DNA from: an uncultured delta proteobacterium
GTDB lineage: Bacteria; Myxococcota_A; Polyangia; Fen-1088
Length of the DNA: 64,000 nucleotides
NCBI GenBank assembly: GCA_963767925.1
Contig: CAVYGB010000012.1
Location: 1-64,000, forward strand
Direction of reading: 5' to 3'
Each line of letters opens with the position of its first letter. Within the stretch, counting starts at the first letter, position 1. The translations under genes and the position numbers were made by a program. Shown one piece after another: positions 1 to 10,940 of this stretch. Below the pieces are notes generated by a model that saw only the letters and a list, made by a program, of their open reading frames with translations, made no database searches and was not told the origin of the DNA.

Positions 1-393
1 AGTGGTCAGGCATCGAGGAAACCTGACCGTACTGGACTGGGGCGGCCACACGGTCACGATCCGCTGGGACAAAGGACTCGTGGAGACGACTTGGGACGTC
101 CCGTCGGTGACCAAGACTGAGTACGCTCCTGCTTCATGCGGTAAGCGCTCGGTCGTCGGCGAACAGATGGACGGATCGGGCACTACCTGGGTGTGGGGAC
201 AGCCAGGGAGGGGTTGACCGGCATGATCGCGAACTCCTTCACCTTGCCGCGATGCGCGTTCGGAAGGTGGGGACGGATCGGTAACTGCTGATCACGTCCC
301 GCCTAAAAATGTAGGATGATCTCGCGGCGTTGGAGCGCCGATTGACCTGGCAACACTCGTGTTCTACAATTCTGTAGAGAAGAGGACGCGAGC

Positions 394-675
394 ATGGCGG
401 ACACGCAGATCTCGGCATTCATCTCTGACACCACGAAGGAGCTCGTGGAGCGGTACGTGGAGGCCCACGGGGTTAAGAAGGGTCACCTCCTCGAGGAGGC
501 ACTGCTTCACCATCTGCAGGCACTCCGGGAGCTGCCGGCGGATCTGATCGTTCCCCCCAGACTCGTTGTGTCCCGGGAAAGCTTCGAGCGCGTCGCAGGG
601 CTGGTCGAACAACCACGTGAGCCGACGCAGGCCATGCGAGACCTCATGGCTGGGAAGAAGGCTCGACGCACCTGA
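394..675 (+). CDS. Type II antitoxin, RHH/DUF1778 (TacA/AtaR-like)
   Basis: 93 aa with an RHH-like N-terminus (QISAFISDTTKELVERY) and a DUF1778-like tail (LVVSRESFERV...PREPTQAMRDLM). Its stop overlaps the start of a GNAT gene (TGATG, 673-677). Confidence 0.75.
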   Translation: MADTQISAFISDTTKELVERYVEAHGVKKGHLLEEALLHHLQALRELPADLIVPPRLVVSRESFERVAGLVEQPREPTQAMRDLMAGKKARRT

Positions 676-1193
676 TGGCCCTCGAGGTCCGCCGGCTTCG
701 CCAGGAGGACGACCGATCGGGATTCCGTTCTGGGAACATCGAGCTGGATCGCTTCTTTCAGCGCTTCGCGGGCCAGAACCAGTTCCGGCATCACATCGGG
801 ACAACTTACGTGGCGGTCGACGGTGGGGCCATTCTCGGGTTTGCGACGGTTGCTCCCTCTGAGATCGCGACGGCCGATCTGCCACCATCCAGGAGAAAGC
901 GACTGCCGCAGTATCCCCTTCCAGTCTTGCGACTGGCGCGACTCGCGACCGACGATCGCGCCCGTGGGCGGGGTGTTGGCAGCGCTCTCTTGCGCGCGGT
1001 CTTTGCCTTGGCCCACCAACTCGCGGCCGACTATGGTTGCATCGGCGTGGTCGTCGACGCCAAGGCGGATGCGGTCGGCTTTTATGAGCGCTTGGGGTTC
1101 CTCCCCCTCGACGTGCAGGGTGGTCAACTGGGGGAACGACCAGAACCCTTAGCGATGTTCGTGGAGCTCGGCGCCATTCACCGCCCGACATGA
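675..1193 (+). CDS. GNAT-family acetyltransferase toxin (TacT/AtaT-like)
   Basis: Motifs FRSGNIELDRF, LPVLRLARLA, acetyl-CoA loop RGRGVGSALL and VVVDAK...AVGFYERLGF. Coupled to the upstream antitoxin. Confidence 0.85.
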   Translation: MALEVRRLRQEDDRSGFRSGNIELDRFFQRFAGQNQFRHHIGTTYVAVDGGAILGFATVAPSEIATADLPPSRRKRLPQYPLPVLRLARLATDDRARGRGVGSALLRAVFALAHQLAADYGCIGVVVDAKADAVGFYERLGFLPLDVQGGQLGERPEPLAMFVELGAIHRPT

Positions 1194-1730
1194 TCACGAG
1201 CACACGATATCGCTTCACGAAGGCTCGTCTGCGAACGTTCGAACAGGCGCTCGGCAACCTGATAGCCGCAGCGGGGGCGAAGCCTACGAGGCTCCAACGC
1301 CTCGAGATCGAGGCGGTGCGCGCTTTGGCCGAAGACCTTCGAACGGAGATCCGCGACCGGAAGGCGCTGCTCTCCGAACACGTTGCCACCATGGGAGCCT
1401 CCATGAAGATCGTCACGCTTCGCGACCCAAACATCGGGCGCACCTTCGATCGCGCAGCAGTGCGGACGGCCATGGAGTTGCCAACCGACTGGCCCGACGA
1501 CGCGAGCGTGATCGTCACGGCCGACGATCTCGAATGGATCCAGCCGGCTGGCCAGAGGGTCGTGCGTCACTCAGAGACCCGACGCCTGGAGCAATTCTTC
1601 GCTGGCGAGCGCTGCCTGATTCCCTCACGGCGTGTTTCGGACCATGGGCTGACCCTCTGGATGGTGGTCGAGGTCGTTGTGGCGCTCCACCTCGGCGACC
1701 CTCCCACGGACGATTGGGCGGCCCCCTGGC
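1190..1730 (+). pseudogene. Chimeric remnant; N-terminus resembles the coiled N-terminal part of XRE/HTH regulators, HTH missing
   Basis: ATGA overlap with the toxin stop. MITSTRYRFTKARLRTFEQAL...LRTEIRD is followed by unrelated sequence, and the ORF then runs antisense into the next relic. Confidence 0.3.
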
Positions 1731-1739
1731 GCGGTCGTC

Positions 1740-3495
1740 GCCGGCCAGGCCGGCCAGCCGCTTGTGCCGCTCGCCGATCAGATCCGCCGGCACCAGCCCG
1801 GGGTCGAGCACGAAGGCGTACACCGATCCGACCGTCAAGACGTGCTCGACCCGCGCAAGCCCGCTGGCCGGCGAGACGTTGTCGACCACCAGCGTCTGGA
1901 TCAGGCCGGCGTTCTCCGCCGTGCCCCGCGCCACCTCGACCCCGTCGACCCGCAGGCTGGCCTTGAATTTCACGGCGTAGGCGGGGGTGAACTCCAGGCC
2001 GCCGTAGCTGGCCAGGGTGGCCTCGTCCTGGGCGGTCTCGGGCACGTACACCAGGGTCATGCTCTTGCCCCACAGCCAGGCCATCGGCGCCTCGTACGAG
2101 AGCTGGCTCTGACCCTGGCTGGCGAACCCCTGGAACTTGACCAGGTGCCGGGCCGCCGCGGGTAGCTCCTGCCCGGTGTAGGCGCTGCTCAGGCGCCGCA
2201 CCGGCAGCTCCGCCGGCAGCAGCGGCAGGTCGGCGACCACGATGCTCCGGCCCGGCATCGCGGAATCGAGCGTCTCGCAGACGATGTTGTGGGCCTGGAT
2301 GTACGCCCGCAACCCGGCCTCGAACACCTCGCTGGGCTTCTTGGCGGTCGGCGCCGCCAGGTACCCGTCGTGGTCGAAGGGGGCCGCGTCGCGCAGGTCC
2401 ACCGCCTGCCGGGTCTGCATCCGCTTGATCGCCGGCGACAGATGCACCCAGCCGAAGCTCGTCCCCGGCTCGGCCACCCCTCGGTAGGCGCTCACCGCCA
2501 CGTGCGCCCGCACCCACACGTGCTCCGTCTCCAGCCCGAAGCCCTGGCCGGCACCGAGGGCCAGCGGATTGTTCGCGATGCCGGAAAGGGACAGCAGCGC
2601 GGCCGTTGCGGTCAGGTTCTGCGCGCCCGCATATTCGGCGGCTTGCGCCGCCCCGAGGGCCACCGTCCCGATCTCGTAGCGGGCCGGCACCCCCGCCGCG
2701 CGCAGCAGCGCCACCAGCAGCGATGCCTGGTCAGCGTCGTTGCCGGCGCGCTCCCGCAACGTCCCCAGCGCGCCCTTTTTCGACCCGTGGTAAAGCTCGG
2801 TCGCGATCTGGTCGTGTACGAAGTTGTAGATCCGGATCGCATCGTTGCCCAGCGCCGCTGCCTGGGCGGCGATGGCCGGGTGGTCCGACGGTGCGTCCAG
2901 GGTGGGCGCCCGATCGGCGGGGACGGCCGGCTCGCTGGCGCTCAGAGCGAACCGCTGCCCGCTCACGTCCGACCCGCGCACCTTGCCGGGCGGCAGCCAG
3001 CCCAGCGGCTTGCGGGGCGGGGCGGCCAGCGGCTCGAAGCGACGCTTCGGTTGCGGCCGGGGCCCCAGAGCCCGCGGCGGATGGCGGGGCACGGAGTGGT
3101 AAAGGGTCCGCACGTCGGCAGGCAGTCGGTCGACCCCCACCGACCGGCCTTCGGCCTGGTCGCGCAGGACTCCGCCCAGCGTGGCCAGCGCCTGCTGCTT
3201 TACCAGCGACTCCACCTCCAGCTTGAACCACGCCGGCGCCTCGCCCGGCCTTCCCGCCTGCGCCCGAGCCTCCGCCAGCACCTGTGCCCGGTCCGGGGCC
3301 GGCCTGTGCGGGCCGGTGCCCGCAGGCTCCATCAGCCGCGGGCTGGCAGTCGGCGCCGGCACGCCGGGCCGCGGCGCCAGCTTGAACGGCGGGACCGGTA
3401 AGCCCTCCCGCTGCGACGGCCGGGAGCCGGAGGCGGCGGCCACCCGCTGGCCGGATCGATCGCCCGATGGCGCCCGGTCGCGGACAACCAGGGCC
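1740..3495 (-). pseudogene. Truncated transglutaminase-like domain protein (fragment of a large Rhs-type secreted protein)
   Basis: Within ORF 1515..3614: IYNFVHDQIATELYHGSKKGALGTL...GNDADQASLLVALLRAAGVPARY...EHVWV. Plausible coding stops near 1740, and the 5' end abuts the P450 fragment. Confidence 0.65.
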
Positions 3496-3498
3496 ACG

Positions 3499-4732
3499 AT
3501 GGACACGGCCGCTCGGTACGGCGACCCCTTTCTGTGGCCGACATTTCTGGGCCCGGTCGTCGTCACGGGAGATCCGGAGGGGATCAGGGAGATCCCCACG
3601 GCCGACCCGAACACCTACGGCGCGCTGGGGGCCGAGCTCCTGTCGCCGGTGCTGGGCGCGAACAACCTCATCCTTCTCAGCGGCGAAGAACACCGCTGGG
3701 CGCGCCGGTTCTACGGGCCCCAGTTCCACGGCGAGCGGCTGCAGCACTACGGCGCGATCATCACCAGGATCGCCGGCGAGCAGTCGGCGCGCTGGCCGCG
3801 CGATCGACCGTTCGTCGTCGAAGACACCATGCGCTCGATCGCTCTCGAGGTGATCCTCGAGGTGGTGCTCGGGCTTAGCGAGCCTGGTCTCCGCCAGATC
3901 TACCGGAACGCGATCCTGCGGACAGTCCAGTCGCTGAAGCCGTCCTTCATGTTCCTCCCCCAGCTGCGCCGATCGATGCTGGGCCTCAGCGCGTGGGCGC
4001 GGTTTCGCCGGCGGTCGGCCGAGGCCGTGGCGCTCTTCGAACGAGAAGTGCGGGCGCGCAGCGGCGACGCCGATTCGCGCCACGACCTGCTGAGCGCGTT
4101 GATCGCGGCGCGGAAGGACGACGGCACGGCCTTCACCGGAGAGGAGATCATGGAGCAGATGGCGTCGCTCCTGGGCGCCGGGCACGAGACGACGGCGAGC
4201 GCGCTCACGTGGGCGCTCTTCCACGTTCATCGCAACCCTGCGGTCAAGGAACGGCTGCTCGACGAGCTGCGGAACCTGGGCAAGGAGGCCGATCCGCTCG
4301 CCGTCGCGCGCCTGCCGTTTCTGGACGCGGTCTGCTCGGAGGCGCTCCGCCGAGATCCGGTCGCGCCGTTGATCGGCCGGGGGCTCCGTTCGCCTCTGAC
4401 GCTGGAGGGCTACACGCTGCCCGCAGGCGTCGGCGTCGGCATCAGTATCGTCGGACTCCACCAGCGCCCCGACCTCTACCCCGACCCCGACCGGTTCCAG
4501 CCTGAACGCTTCCTGCAACGGCAATACGGTCCATTCGAGTACCTCCCCTTCGGCGGAGGGTCCCGCCGCTGCCTCGGCGCTTTCGTTCGCCGTCTTCGAG
4601 CTCAAGCTCGTCCTGGCGACGGTGCTCCGCGCGCACCGCCTGCGCTTGACCGACAGGGGCGACGTCAGGTCCGTCCTTCGCAACACCACCGCGTCTCCGG
4701 CAACGAGGATCAGGTTCGTGCGCGAGCTTTGA
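3499..4732 (+). pseudogene. Cytochrome P450, 5'-truncated, +1 frameshift just after the heme Cys
   Basis: I-helix AGHETT, ExxR (EALR), PERF and FGGGSRRCLG motifs. Removing one T near 4582 restores SFAVFELKLVLATVLR...VREL to a stop at 4730-4732. Confidence 0.85.
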
Positions 4733-4985
4733 TGGAAGGCGACCAGACATACGCACTTGGTGCCCCGATCCCGGAAAACACTGGACCCGAGACAATCCAC
4801 AAATCCACACCGGCGCCGGGCGCCCGAGGCGTTGCCACCTGGTGGCCACGGACGTCCTCCCCAGACGGACCTCAACGGAACCAGCAGGAACGGGACAGGG
4901 ACGGTAACCGTGGAGAAGGACTGCAAGTCGGCGCCGCACCTCGGGTTTCCCGATCTCCTTCTCGCACCTTCAGTCCCTGTCCCGC

Positions 4986-5663
4986 CTACGAAGAGTCAGC
5001 GAGGAGCTGGGCGGCCAGCAGGCCCGCCAGCCATCGCTGGGCTCGCGCGGCTGGCCAGCCGCGCCCCACGGTGAGGTCGTGGTACAGCTCGGCGCGCGTG
5101 AGGACGAAGAAGATGTCGACGGCCTCGCGGCGGGGCAGTGAGGGACGCAAGCCCCGACCCTTGGTCGCGATTTCGGCGACGAGGAACGACGAGGCCTCCT
5201 CACGGAGGCGTTCCGACTCCGCCAGGGTCGCTTCGATCTCGGTTGCCCGCTGCGCACCCAAGCTGGCCAGGAGTGGGCCCACGCGCGCCCAGATCGGGGC
5301 GGCCCCCTCGACATAGATCGCGATCGCCTTGGCGGGATCCGGCTCTGACTCGAAGGGAGGAAGCCACGGCATCTTGTCGCGGGCGACAGAACGATGGTCC
5401 ACCTTCACGTCCCGATCGATCGTGGGCGACCACCGATCAAATCCCACCACCGACGCGTGCAACACCTCGCTGAGGATCGCCGGCTTGGTGTGGAAGGTGA
5501 AATAGAGCGTCTGCACGGCCACACCCGCACGCTCGGCGATGGCGGTCATGGTGGTGGCCTCGTAGCCGAGCTCGCAGACGCGCTCGTAGGCCGCCTCCAG
5601 GATCCGACGCCGCGTCGCCAGGGCACTCTCCTGGCGCCGGGAGCCGGCCTTTGGCGGCGGCAT
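4986..5663 (-). CDS. TetR/AcrR family transcriptional regulator
   Basis: TRRRILEAA...GYEATTMTAIAERAGVAVQTLYFTFHTK HTH signature. ATG at 5663 chosen as start. Confidence 0.9.
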   Translation of the reverse strand: MPPPKAGSRRQESALATRRRILEAAYERVCELGYEATTMTAIAERAGVAVQTLYFTFHTKPAILSEVLHASVVGFDRWSPTIDRDVKVDHRSVARDKMPWLPPFESEPDPAKAIAIYVEGAAPIWARVGPLLASLGAQRATEIEATLAESERLREEASSFLVAEIATKGRGLRPSLPRREAVDIFFVLTRAELYHDLTVGRGWPAARAQRWLAGLLAAQLLADSS

Positions 5664-5696
5664 ATCTTTCCTGGATTTCAAGACCTTATGAACTCG

Positions 5697-5726
5697 CTGT
5701 AGTCTTACTCTAGAGTTACACTACAG
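5697..5726. promoter_or_regulatory. Palindromic operator, probable TetR site between divergent genes
   Basis: CTGTAGTCTT-ACTCTAGAGT-TACACTACAG is a 30-bp dyad with only two mismatched pairs, in the short divergent intergenic region. Confidence 0.75.
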
Positions 5727-5734
5727 TTAACAGC

Positions 5735-6412
5735 ATGGAGACCACGGCGTCGCGCGAGACGAGCGCGGAGCGGCCCCCGACTTTCTGGTGGTGGCCCGTG
5801 ATGGTGCTGGTCCTGGCGCTCGCAGCCTTCTTCCCGACGTACTTCGGTCGATTTCCTGGATTCCAGGGGACGTCGCCAGCGGTTCACTTCCACGCCGTCA
5901 CGATGCTCGCGTGGCTGACGCTCACAATAGCCCAGCCGATCCTGATTCGCCGGCGACGGTTCACCATGCACCGGCAGCTCGGCCTGCTCACCTACGCCCT
6001 GCTGCCGCTGCTGGCCGTGGGCTTCTGGCTGGTCATGCGAGACGGCCAGCTCCGTCACAAGCAGCCGGACCTGATCCTGGCGACCGCCTTCGACGGATTC
6101 CTGTTCTTCTTCCTGGTCGGCATGGGCCTCTTCTACCGCAAGCGCCGGGCCCACCATGGTCGGTTCATGATGCTGTCGCTGGTGCCGTTCCTCAATCCCA
6201 CCCTCGGGCGCTTGATCTCACCGGCGGTCAGCGTCCCGTTCGAGCTGCTGCTGCTTATCGCGCTCCTGGTCCGCGCCCGACGGCGGCGAGAAGACATCCG
6301 GCCTTACGCCGTGGCCTTGATGGCCTTCCTGGGCGCCCTGACGCTCCTGGTAGTCCTGATGGTCGCCTTTCCCTCCGTGCCGCAGGCGCTCTGGAAGCTC
6401 ATGTTCGCCTGA
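5735..6412 (+). CDS. Multi-pass membrane protein, putative TetR target
   Basis: About 6-7 hydrophobic segments, with His motifs HFHAV, HRQLG and HGRFM. Confidence 0.75.
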   Translation: METTASRETSAERPPTFWWWPVMVLVLALAAFFPTYFGRFPGFQGTSPAVHFHAVTMLAWLTLTIAQPILIRRRRFTMHRQLGLLTYALLPLLAVGFWLVMRDGQLRHKQPDLILATAFDGFLFFFLVGMGLFYRKRRAHHGRFMMLSLVPFLNPTLGRLISPAVSVPFELLLLIALLVRARRRREDIRPYAVALMAFLGALTLLVVLMVAFPSVPQALWKLMFA

Positions 6413-6796
6413 CGCAGGAAGAGGACCGTCGTTACCAGCCGGGAAGCGACCTCTATCTCGCTCGAGCGCGTCGCGACAGAGCGGCGCTGGCCACCGGTTC
6501 TACACCAGGTAGCGTGCCAGACGGCCAACCGGCTCAGAACGCGCCCCTCGAGGCCCACGTGGTAGCTTTACAGCCATGCGAGCTCTTCGAGTCCGGCACG
6601 AGACGGACGAGCGCGGTTGGCCGACAAGCCTCCCCACGCTGCCACGGTGCCTGCAGGTCGAAGACGTCCTCTCGGTTCGCGAGCCAGGTGCCGAGAAATC
6701 GACCACGCGTAGTCATGCGGCATCGCTCGCCGGCGCCGAGGTCGCGGGAAACATCGTTGGCCCGGCGATGACCGCAGCCGATGGGTGGGAGCAAGG

Positions 6797-7396
6797 ATGA
6801 ACCAGCCCTCGCAGCGCCATCATCGCTACACCTTTGCGGACTACCTCGCGTACGAGGAAGGCGCCAACGTGAAGCATGAGTTTCTCGATGGAGAGATCTA
6901 CGCGATGGCCGGCGGTACGCCGGAACACGCCGCTCTTGCTGCGGCGGTCACGACGCTCATAGGCGCCCAGCTCGGTGACGGGCCCTGCCGAGCCTTCAGC
7001 TCGGACCTGAAGGTTCGCGTCCTGGCTACCGGCCTCGTCACCTACCCTGACTTGACCGTCATCTGTGGGCCGGTCGAATGCGATCCACAGAGCCGGATGG
7101 TGGCTGTAAACCCAACCTTGATTGTCGAAGTGCTGAGCGACAGCACCGAGGAGTGGGACAGGGGCGAAAAGCTCGAGGCCTACAAGAAGATTCCGTCACT
7201 CCGTGAGTGCCTGCTGGTCTCGCACAGGACGCCGCAAATCGACTTGTGGGTGCGCAATCCTGACGGGTCATGGCGCCATCGAACAGCCACCGCTGGTGGC
7301 ACCCTCGAGCTCCCCTCGATCGGAGGATCCCTCCGCGTCGATGAGGTTTACCGCCGCGGCCTGGGAAGCGCGGACCCGGGGCGCCGCTCCAGCTGA
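6797..7396 (+). CDS. Uma2 (DUF820) family restriction-endonuclease-like protein
   Basis: KHEFLDGEIYAMAGGTPEH, YPDLTV, LIVEVLSDST, DRGEKLEAY motifs. Confidence 0.9.
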   Translation: MNQPSQRHHRYTFADYLAYEEGANVKHEFLDGEIYAMAGGTPEHAALAAAVTTLIGAQLGDGPCRAFSSDLKVRVLATGLVTYPDLTVICGPVECDPQSRMVAVNPTLIVEVLSDSTEEWDRGEKLEAYKKIPSLRECLLVSHRTPQIDLWVRNPDGSWRHRTATAGGTLELPSIGGSLRVDEVYRRGLGSADPGRRSS

Positions 7397-7519
7397 AGTG
7401 CGCCGGGGCAGTCGCCCGCGGTTTGCCATCCCGCTCCCACCGACACCGTGTCGTGCCTGTCGCGTCGGGGACAGGTTCCGCGCCCGACCTGCCGCCTGAT
7501 CCGGCGAGACCGCCGCCCG

Positions 7520-7875
7520 TGACGGGTCACTGGAAGGTGCGGGGATAGCCGGGATCGATCTTGTCGCCGGCGACGTCGTAGCGGATGTACTGGGTGCCGT
7601 TCTTGAAGAACACTTTTCCGCCTGGCCAGGCCAGGGAGAGGGAGGTTCTGGGCCAGGTGGCGGGGTAGCCGGACCAGGTAGGGGAGATCGGGCGGGGGTA
7701 GCCCGTGTCTGCGAGGTTGCTGGTGCGGCTGTAGCGCGTGTATTCGGTGCCGTGAAAAAGTAGGCCAGGCCGCTGAAGGCGTTGCCTTCGGGCGAGACCA
7801 GGGCCGCATCGACCTTGCTGTTGAATTTATCGGTCAGCCCATTGAAGCCGCCGGAGATCGGCCGGGGGAAGCCGC
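7520..7875 (-). pseudogene. Hemopexin-like repeat fragment, frameshifted
   Basis: Joined across frames: GFPRPISGGFNGL...VDAALV...AYFF, YTRYS...ADTGYPRPI...W, GKVFFKNGTQYIRYDV...IDPGYP. Confidence 0.65.
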
Positions 7876-8040
7876 GCGCGGCGGCTCCGCGTCGGGCTCC
7901 GAGCGTGGCGCCCCACAGGCCGAGATGCAGCCAAGAACGACCATGGTCAAAGATCCAGCGATGCGCATCCAGCCCGGATAACACGAAAGCGGCTGGCCCC
8001 CTTGTCACGTTGTGGGCCAGTCATCGGCGTCTCCGCCGGG

Positions 8041-8913
8041 TCAGCCTGGAGGTCGGTCGAGCGCGAGGAGGCGGCGCGCGTTTCCGGCGAGCACGTCCCG
8101 ATAGAGGGCGCTGTCGCCGAGGAGCGCCGCCAGGGCCCGCTTCGACGCCTGTCCCAGGCACTGGCCGTCGGGCTGACCGGTGCCCTTGCCGTCCTTGCAG
8201 GCACAGTCCGTCCCCCAGAGGAGCTTGCGGCCGTGGCGCCGCACGAATCCCCGCGCGAAGGCGCTGTCGCGGGTCAGGACGCCGAGGCCGGATCGCGCGG
8301 ACAGGTCGCCGTGGAGGTTCGGGTATTCGGTCAGCCAGCGATCCGTCAAGCCACCCGGCTTGACCGGTCCGCTCGGGTAGCGGGTGGTGCCGTCGTAGTC
8401 GGCCGCGATGTGACCCCAGAAGCCCATCGCGTGTCCGATGAAGGTGACCGACGGGTATTGTTTCAGGATGGCCGGGAGCCGCTGGTACCCGGTGTGGTCC
8501 TCGGCCCCGACGTGCACGACCACCGGCACGCGGTGCTCGGCGGCGATGTCGTAGACCCTGCGCATCTCGGGGCCGTCGATGGCAACCCCGGTCTTCTGCT
8601 CGCCGATCCCGGTCGCCCCGCCGCGGAGGGCGGCGCGCAGCCGCCCGGGCGCCTCGGCTCCGCGCGGATCTTCACGCGTGAAGGCGACGAACTGCCCGCG
8701 ATGCCCCCGGAGCAACCGGCTCGCAGGGGAAGCTTCATTCAGCCCCGTCCCACCCCGAAGCACCGCCCGGGTCACGCCGAGGGCCCGACAATGGGCCAGC
8801 GATTCCTCCACGCTGCGGTCGGCGACGTGGAAATGCATATCGATGCAGGGGACCTGCACGGGGGCCGGGACAGCGGCCGCCAGCGACTGCAGCAAGAATC
8901 CGCGCCGGTTCAT
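8041..8913 (-). CDS. Amidohydrolase family (Amidohydro_2-like) metalloenzyme
   Basis: IDMHFH, GIGEQK, VVVH, FIGHA and LLWGTD metal-ligand motifs. Twin-arginine-like start MNRRGFL. Confidence 0.85.
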   Translation of the reverse strand: MNRRGFLLQSLAAAVPAPVQVPCIDMHFHVADRSVEESLAHCRALGVTRAVLRGGTGLNEASPASRLLRGHRGQFVAFTREDPRGAEAPGRLRAALRGGATGIGEQKTGVAIDGPEMRRVYDIAAEHRVPVVVHVGAEDHTGYQRLPAILKQYPSVTFIGHAMGFWGHIAADYDGTTRYPSGPVKPGGLTDRWLTEYPNLHGDLSARSGLGVLTRDSAFARGFVRRHGRKLLWGTDCACKDGKGTGQPDGQCLGQASKRALAALLGDSALYRDVLAGNARRLLALDRPPG

Positions 8914-9211
8914 CGTGCCTCACAGGCTACACCGAAGGTCCGAAGGCGTCCGCGGCAAGCCGGACGTTTGTTCGCGGTCAGCCGTCCGACCGGGTTCGGA
9001 TCGCGAAGGGACGGACGGCCCGTCGGCGCTGGTCCACTGGATTTGCCGCCTACCGCGCGCGGTACGGGGTGTGCAGTGTCGGCCTGAGGAGGCCTCGTGG
9101 CCTTCCGACGGGACTGGCGCCCCTGGAGCCGGAGCCCGGCAGGACGCGGTGACACTTCCGCGCCCCTGCGGTGTTCACCAGGAGAACCGCACCTGATTGG
9201 AGAAAATACCC

Positions 9212-9925
9212 ATGATCAATCGCGCCATCACCAACCTCATCATCGTGACCCTCGCCGCCCCCGCCTGCGCCGGCTTCGGAACCCCCGGGAACGGCCAGCG
9301 GTCGACCGAGGCCCGTGACCTCGGCGGATTCACCCGCGTCGACAGCCGGGGCTCGCTCGACGTGCAGGTCGACCAGGGCCCGGCGTTCGCCGTGACAGTC
9401 AGCATCGACTCCAACCTGATCGGGTACGTCGACACGCACGTTGCGGGCGACACGCTGGTCATCGACCTCGATGAGAATATCTTCGACCCCCTGGCGGGTC
9501 CCCACGTCCGCGTGACCCTGCCCCGCGCCGATGCCCTGATGGTCCGCGGCTCCGGCGACCTGCGAATGCCGGCGCTGGCCCAGGACACTCCGATCGCCCT
9601 GAAGGTGTCGGGATCCGGAGCGCTGGAATGGCAGGGCGTGGCCCCGCAGATCGGCGCCGAGGTGAACGGGTCGGGCGACCTGCGCCTGGCTGGGTCCACC
9701 GATCGCCTCGTGCTGGGTGTGCATGGCTCGGGCGACGCCGCGGCTTCCCGTCTGGAGGCCGCCACCGGAACGGTCGAGGTCAACGGCTCCGGCGACGCCT
9801 CTGTCACCATCCGACAATCCGCCGAGGTCTCCATCCGAGGCTCCGGCGACGTCGACCTGTTCGGCGGCGCCAACCTGTCGCGGGTGGTCCATACTGGCAG
9901 CGGCGATCTGCGCCTGCACCCGTGA
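9212..9925 (+). CDS. DUF2807 / head-GIN-domain lipoprotein
   Basis: Signal peptide ending in Cys and repeated xGSGD beta-helix motifs. Confidence 0.85.
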   Translation: MINRAITNLIIVTLAAPACAGFGTPGNGQRSTEARDLGGFTRVDSRGSLDVQVDQGPAFAVTVSIDSNLIGYVDTHVAGDTLVIDLDENIFDPLAGPHVRVTLPRADALMVRGSGDLRMPALAQDTPIALKVSGSGALEWQGVAPQIGAEVNGSGDLRLAGSTDRLVLGVHGSGDAAASRLEAATGTVEVNGSGDASVTIRQSAEVSIRGSGDVDLFGGANLSRVVHTGSGDLRLHP

Positions 9926-10056
9926 CCAACGGGTGAGGCGCCACGTGCCGCCGCGCCGCCGCGGTCAGTCGGCGGCGGCGACGGGTGACCCACGTCCCTG
10001 GCGAAGATGCCGCTGCCCGGCTGGCGGAGGCGTTCCAGTTCTAGCGGGGCGCTCGT

Positions 10057-10770
10057 CTACCGCTCGAGGCGAACGAAGCGCCAGGCCTGCTCGAGCTGTT
10101 CGAGGGGATGGTCCTCCACGGGGTCCGAGTGGGCCACGAGGATTCGCTGCAACGGGAGCCTGCCGATCTCCTCGAGGGATTGGCGCACGACGGGGCCGCC
10201 GCGCGTATGCCAGCGCACATCCGGAGGCGCCTTGTACCGTTGGTACTGGCCCAGTACCCGGGAAGCCCAGCGCCAGGTCCAATGATCGGCCGCGCACCCG
10301 CACATCATCAGATCCGCCCCGATTAGCGTGTGGGTCCTTGCGTGAAAGAAGAGGGTTTCATCCAGGAAGGGGACGCCCCGGAGCGCGACGGGAGACAGCT
10401 CCGGCACCAGGGAGGGCAACCGCCCGTCGTCGATCGCCACGTCCAGATCGACGGCCCTGTTCCTCGACTTCGCCGATGGCGGGCCGATGACCTGCGCACC
10501 CGGGTAGCGAGCCTTCAAGGCGCTGGCGTGCAGGTGATGGTAGCGGTTGGGTACGACGATCCAGCGCACCTGCCCCAGGCGGTCGAGCTCGGCGCAAAGC
10601 TGCGGGGTGGGCTCGCCCGCGCTGTGCACCCAGAGCCTGCCGTCGGCCAGGCGGACCACCGTCATTCGAGAACGCAAGCGCACGCCGCCGAACCAGAGCT
10701 TGCGCTCGGCTATCCAGATTCCGCCCGGCGGAAGCTCCCTCAGACCTGGACTGCCCGTGTTCGATTCCAT
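10057..10770 (-). CDS. DUF4336 domain protein (metallo-beta-lactamase-like)
   Basis: RMTVVRLADGRLWVHS, VPNRYHHL, ETLFFH...TLIGADL, ILVAH. Confidence 0.8.
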   Translation of the reverse strand: MESNTGSPGLRELPPGGIWIAERKLWFGGVRLRSRMTVVRLADGRLWVHSAGEPTPQLCAELDRLGQVRWIVVPNRYHHLHASALKARYPGAQVIGPPSAKSRNRAVDLDVAIDDGRLPSLVPELSPVALRGVPFLDETLFFHARTHTLIGADLMMCGCAADHWTWRWASRVLGQYQRYKAPPDVRWHTRGGPVVRQSLEEIGRLPLQRILVAHSDPVEDHPLEQLEQAWRFVRLER

Positions 10771-10940
10771 CGCGGTCGCGACCGGCGCTTACCACAACTC
10801 CGCGGCTCTTGCACGCCGACCGTGCCGTCGTCGACGAGCCTTCTCGACAGCGGCTCGCGGACGAGACGGAGGCGATGCGAGACGCTGCAAGGCTCGCATC
10901 CGTCCGGTGAGTCGGTCTGCGCCACGGCCCTCGGTGGGAA

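Noticed and set aside
2..217. Partial ORF at the window start
   Set aside because: Too short and no recognisable motif.
3181..5316. 711-aa P450 fusion protein
   Set aside because: The extensions come from antisense overlap at the 5' end and a frameshift after the heme Cys.
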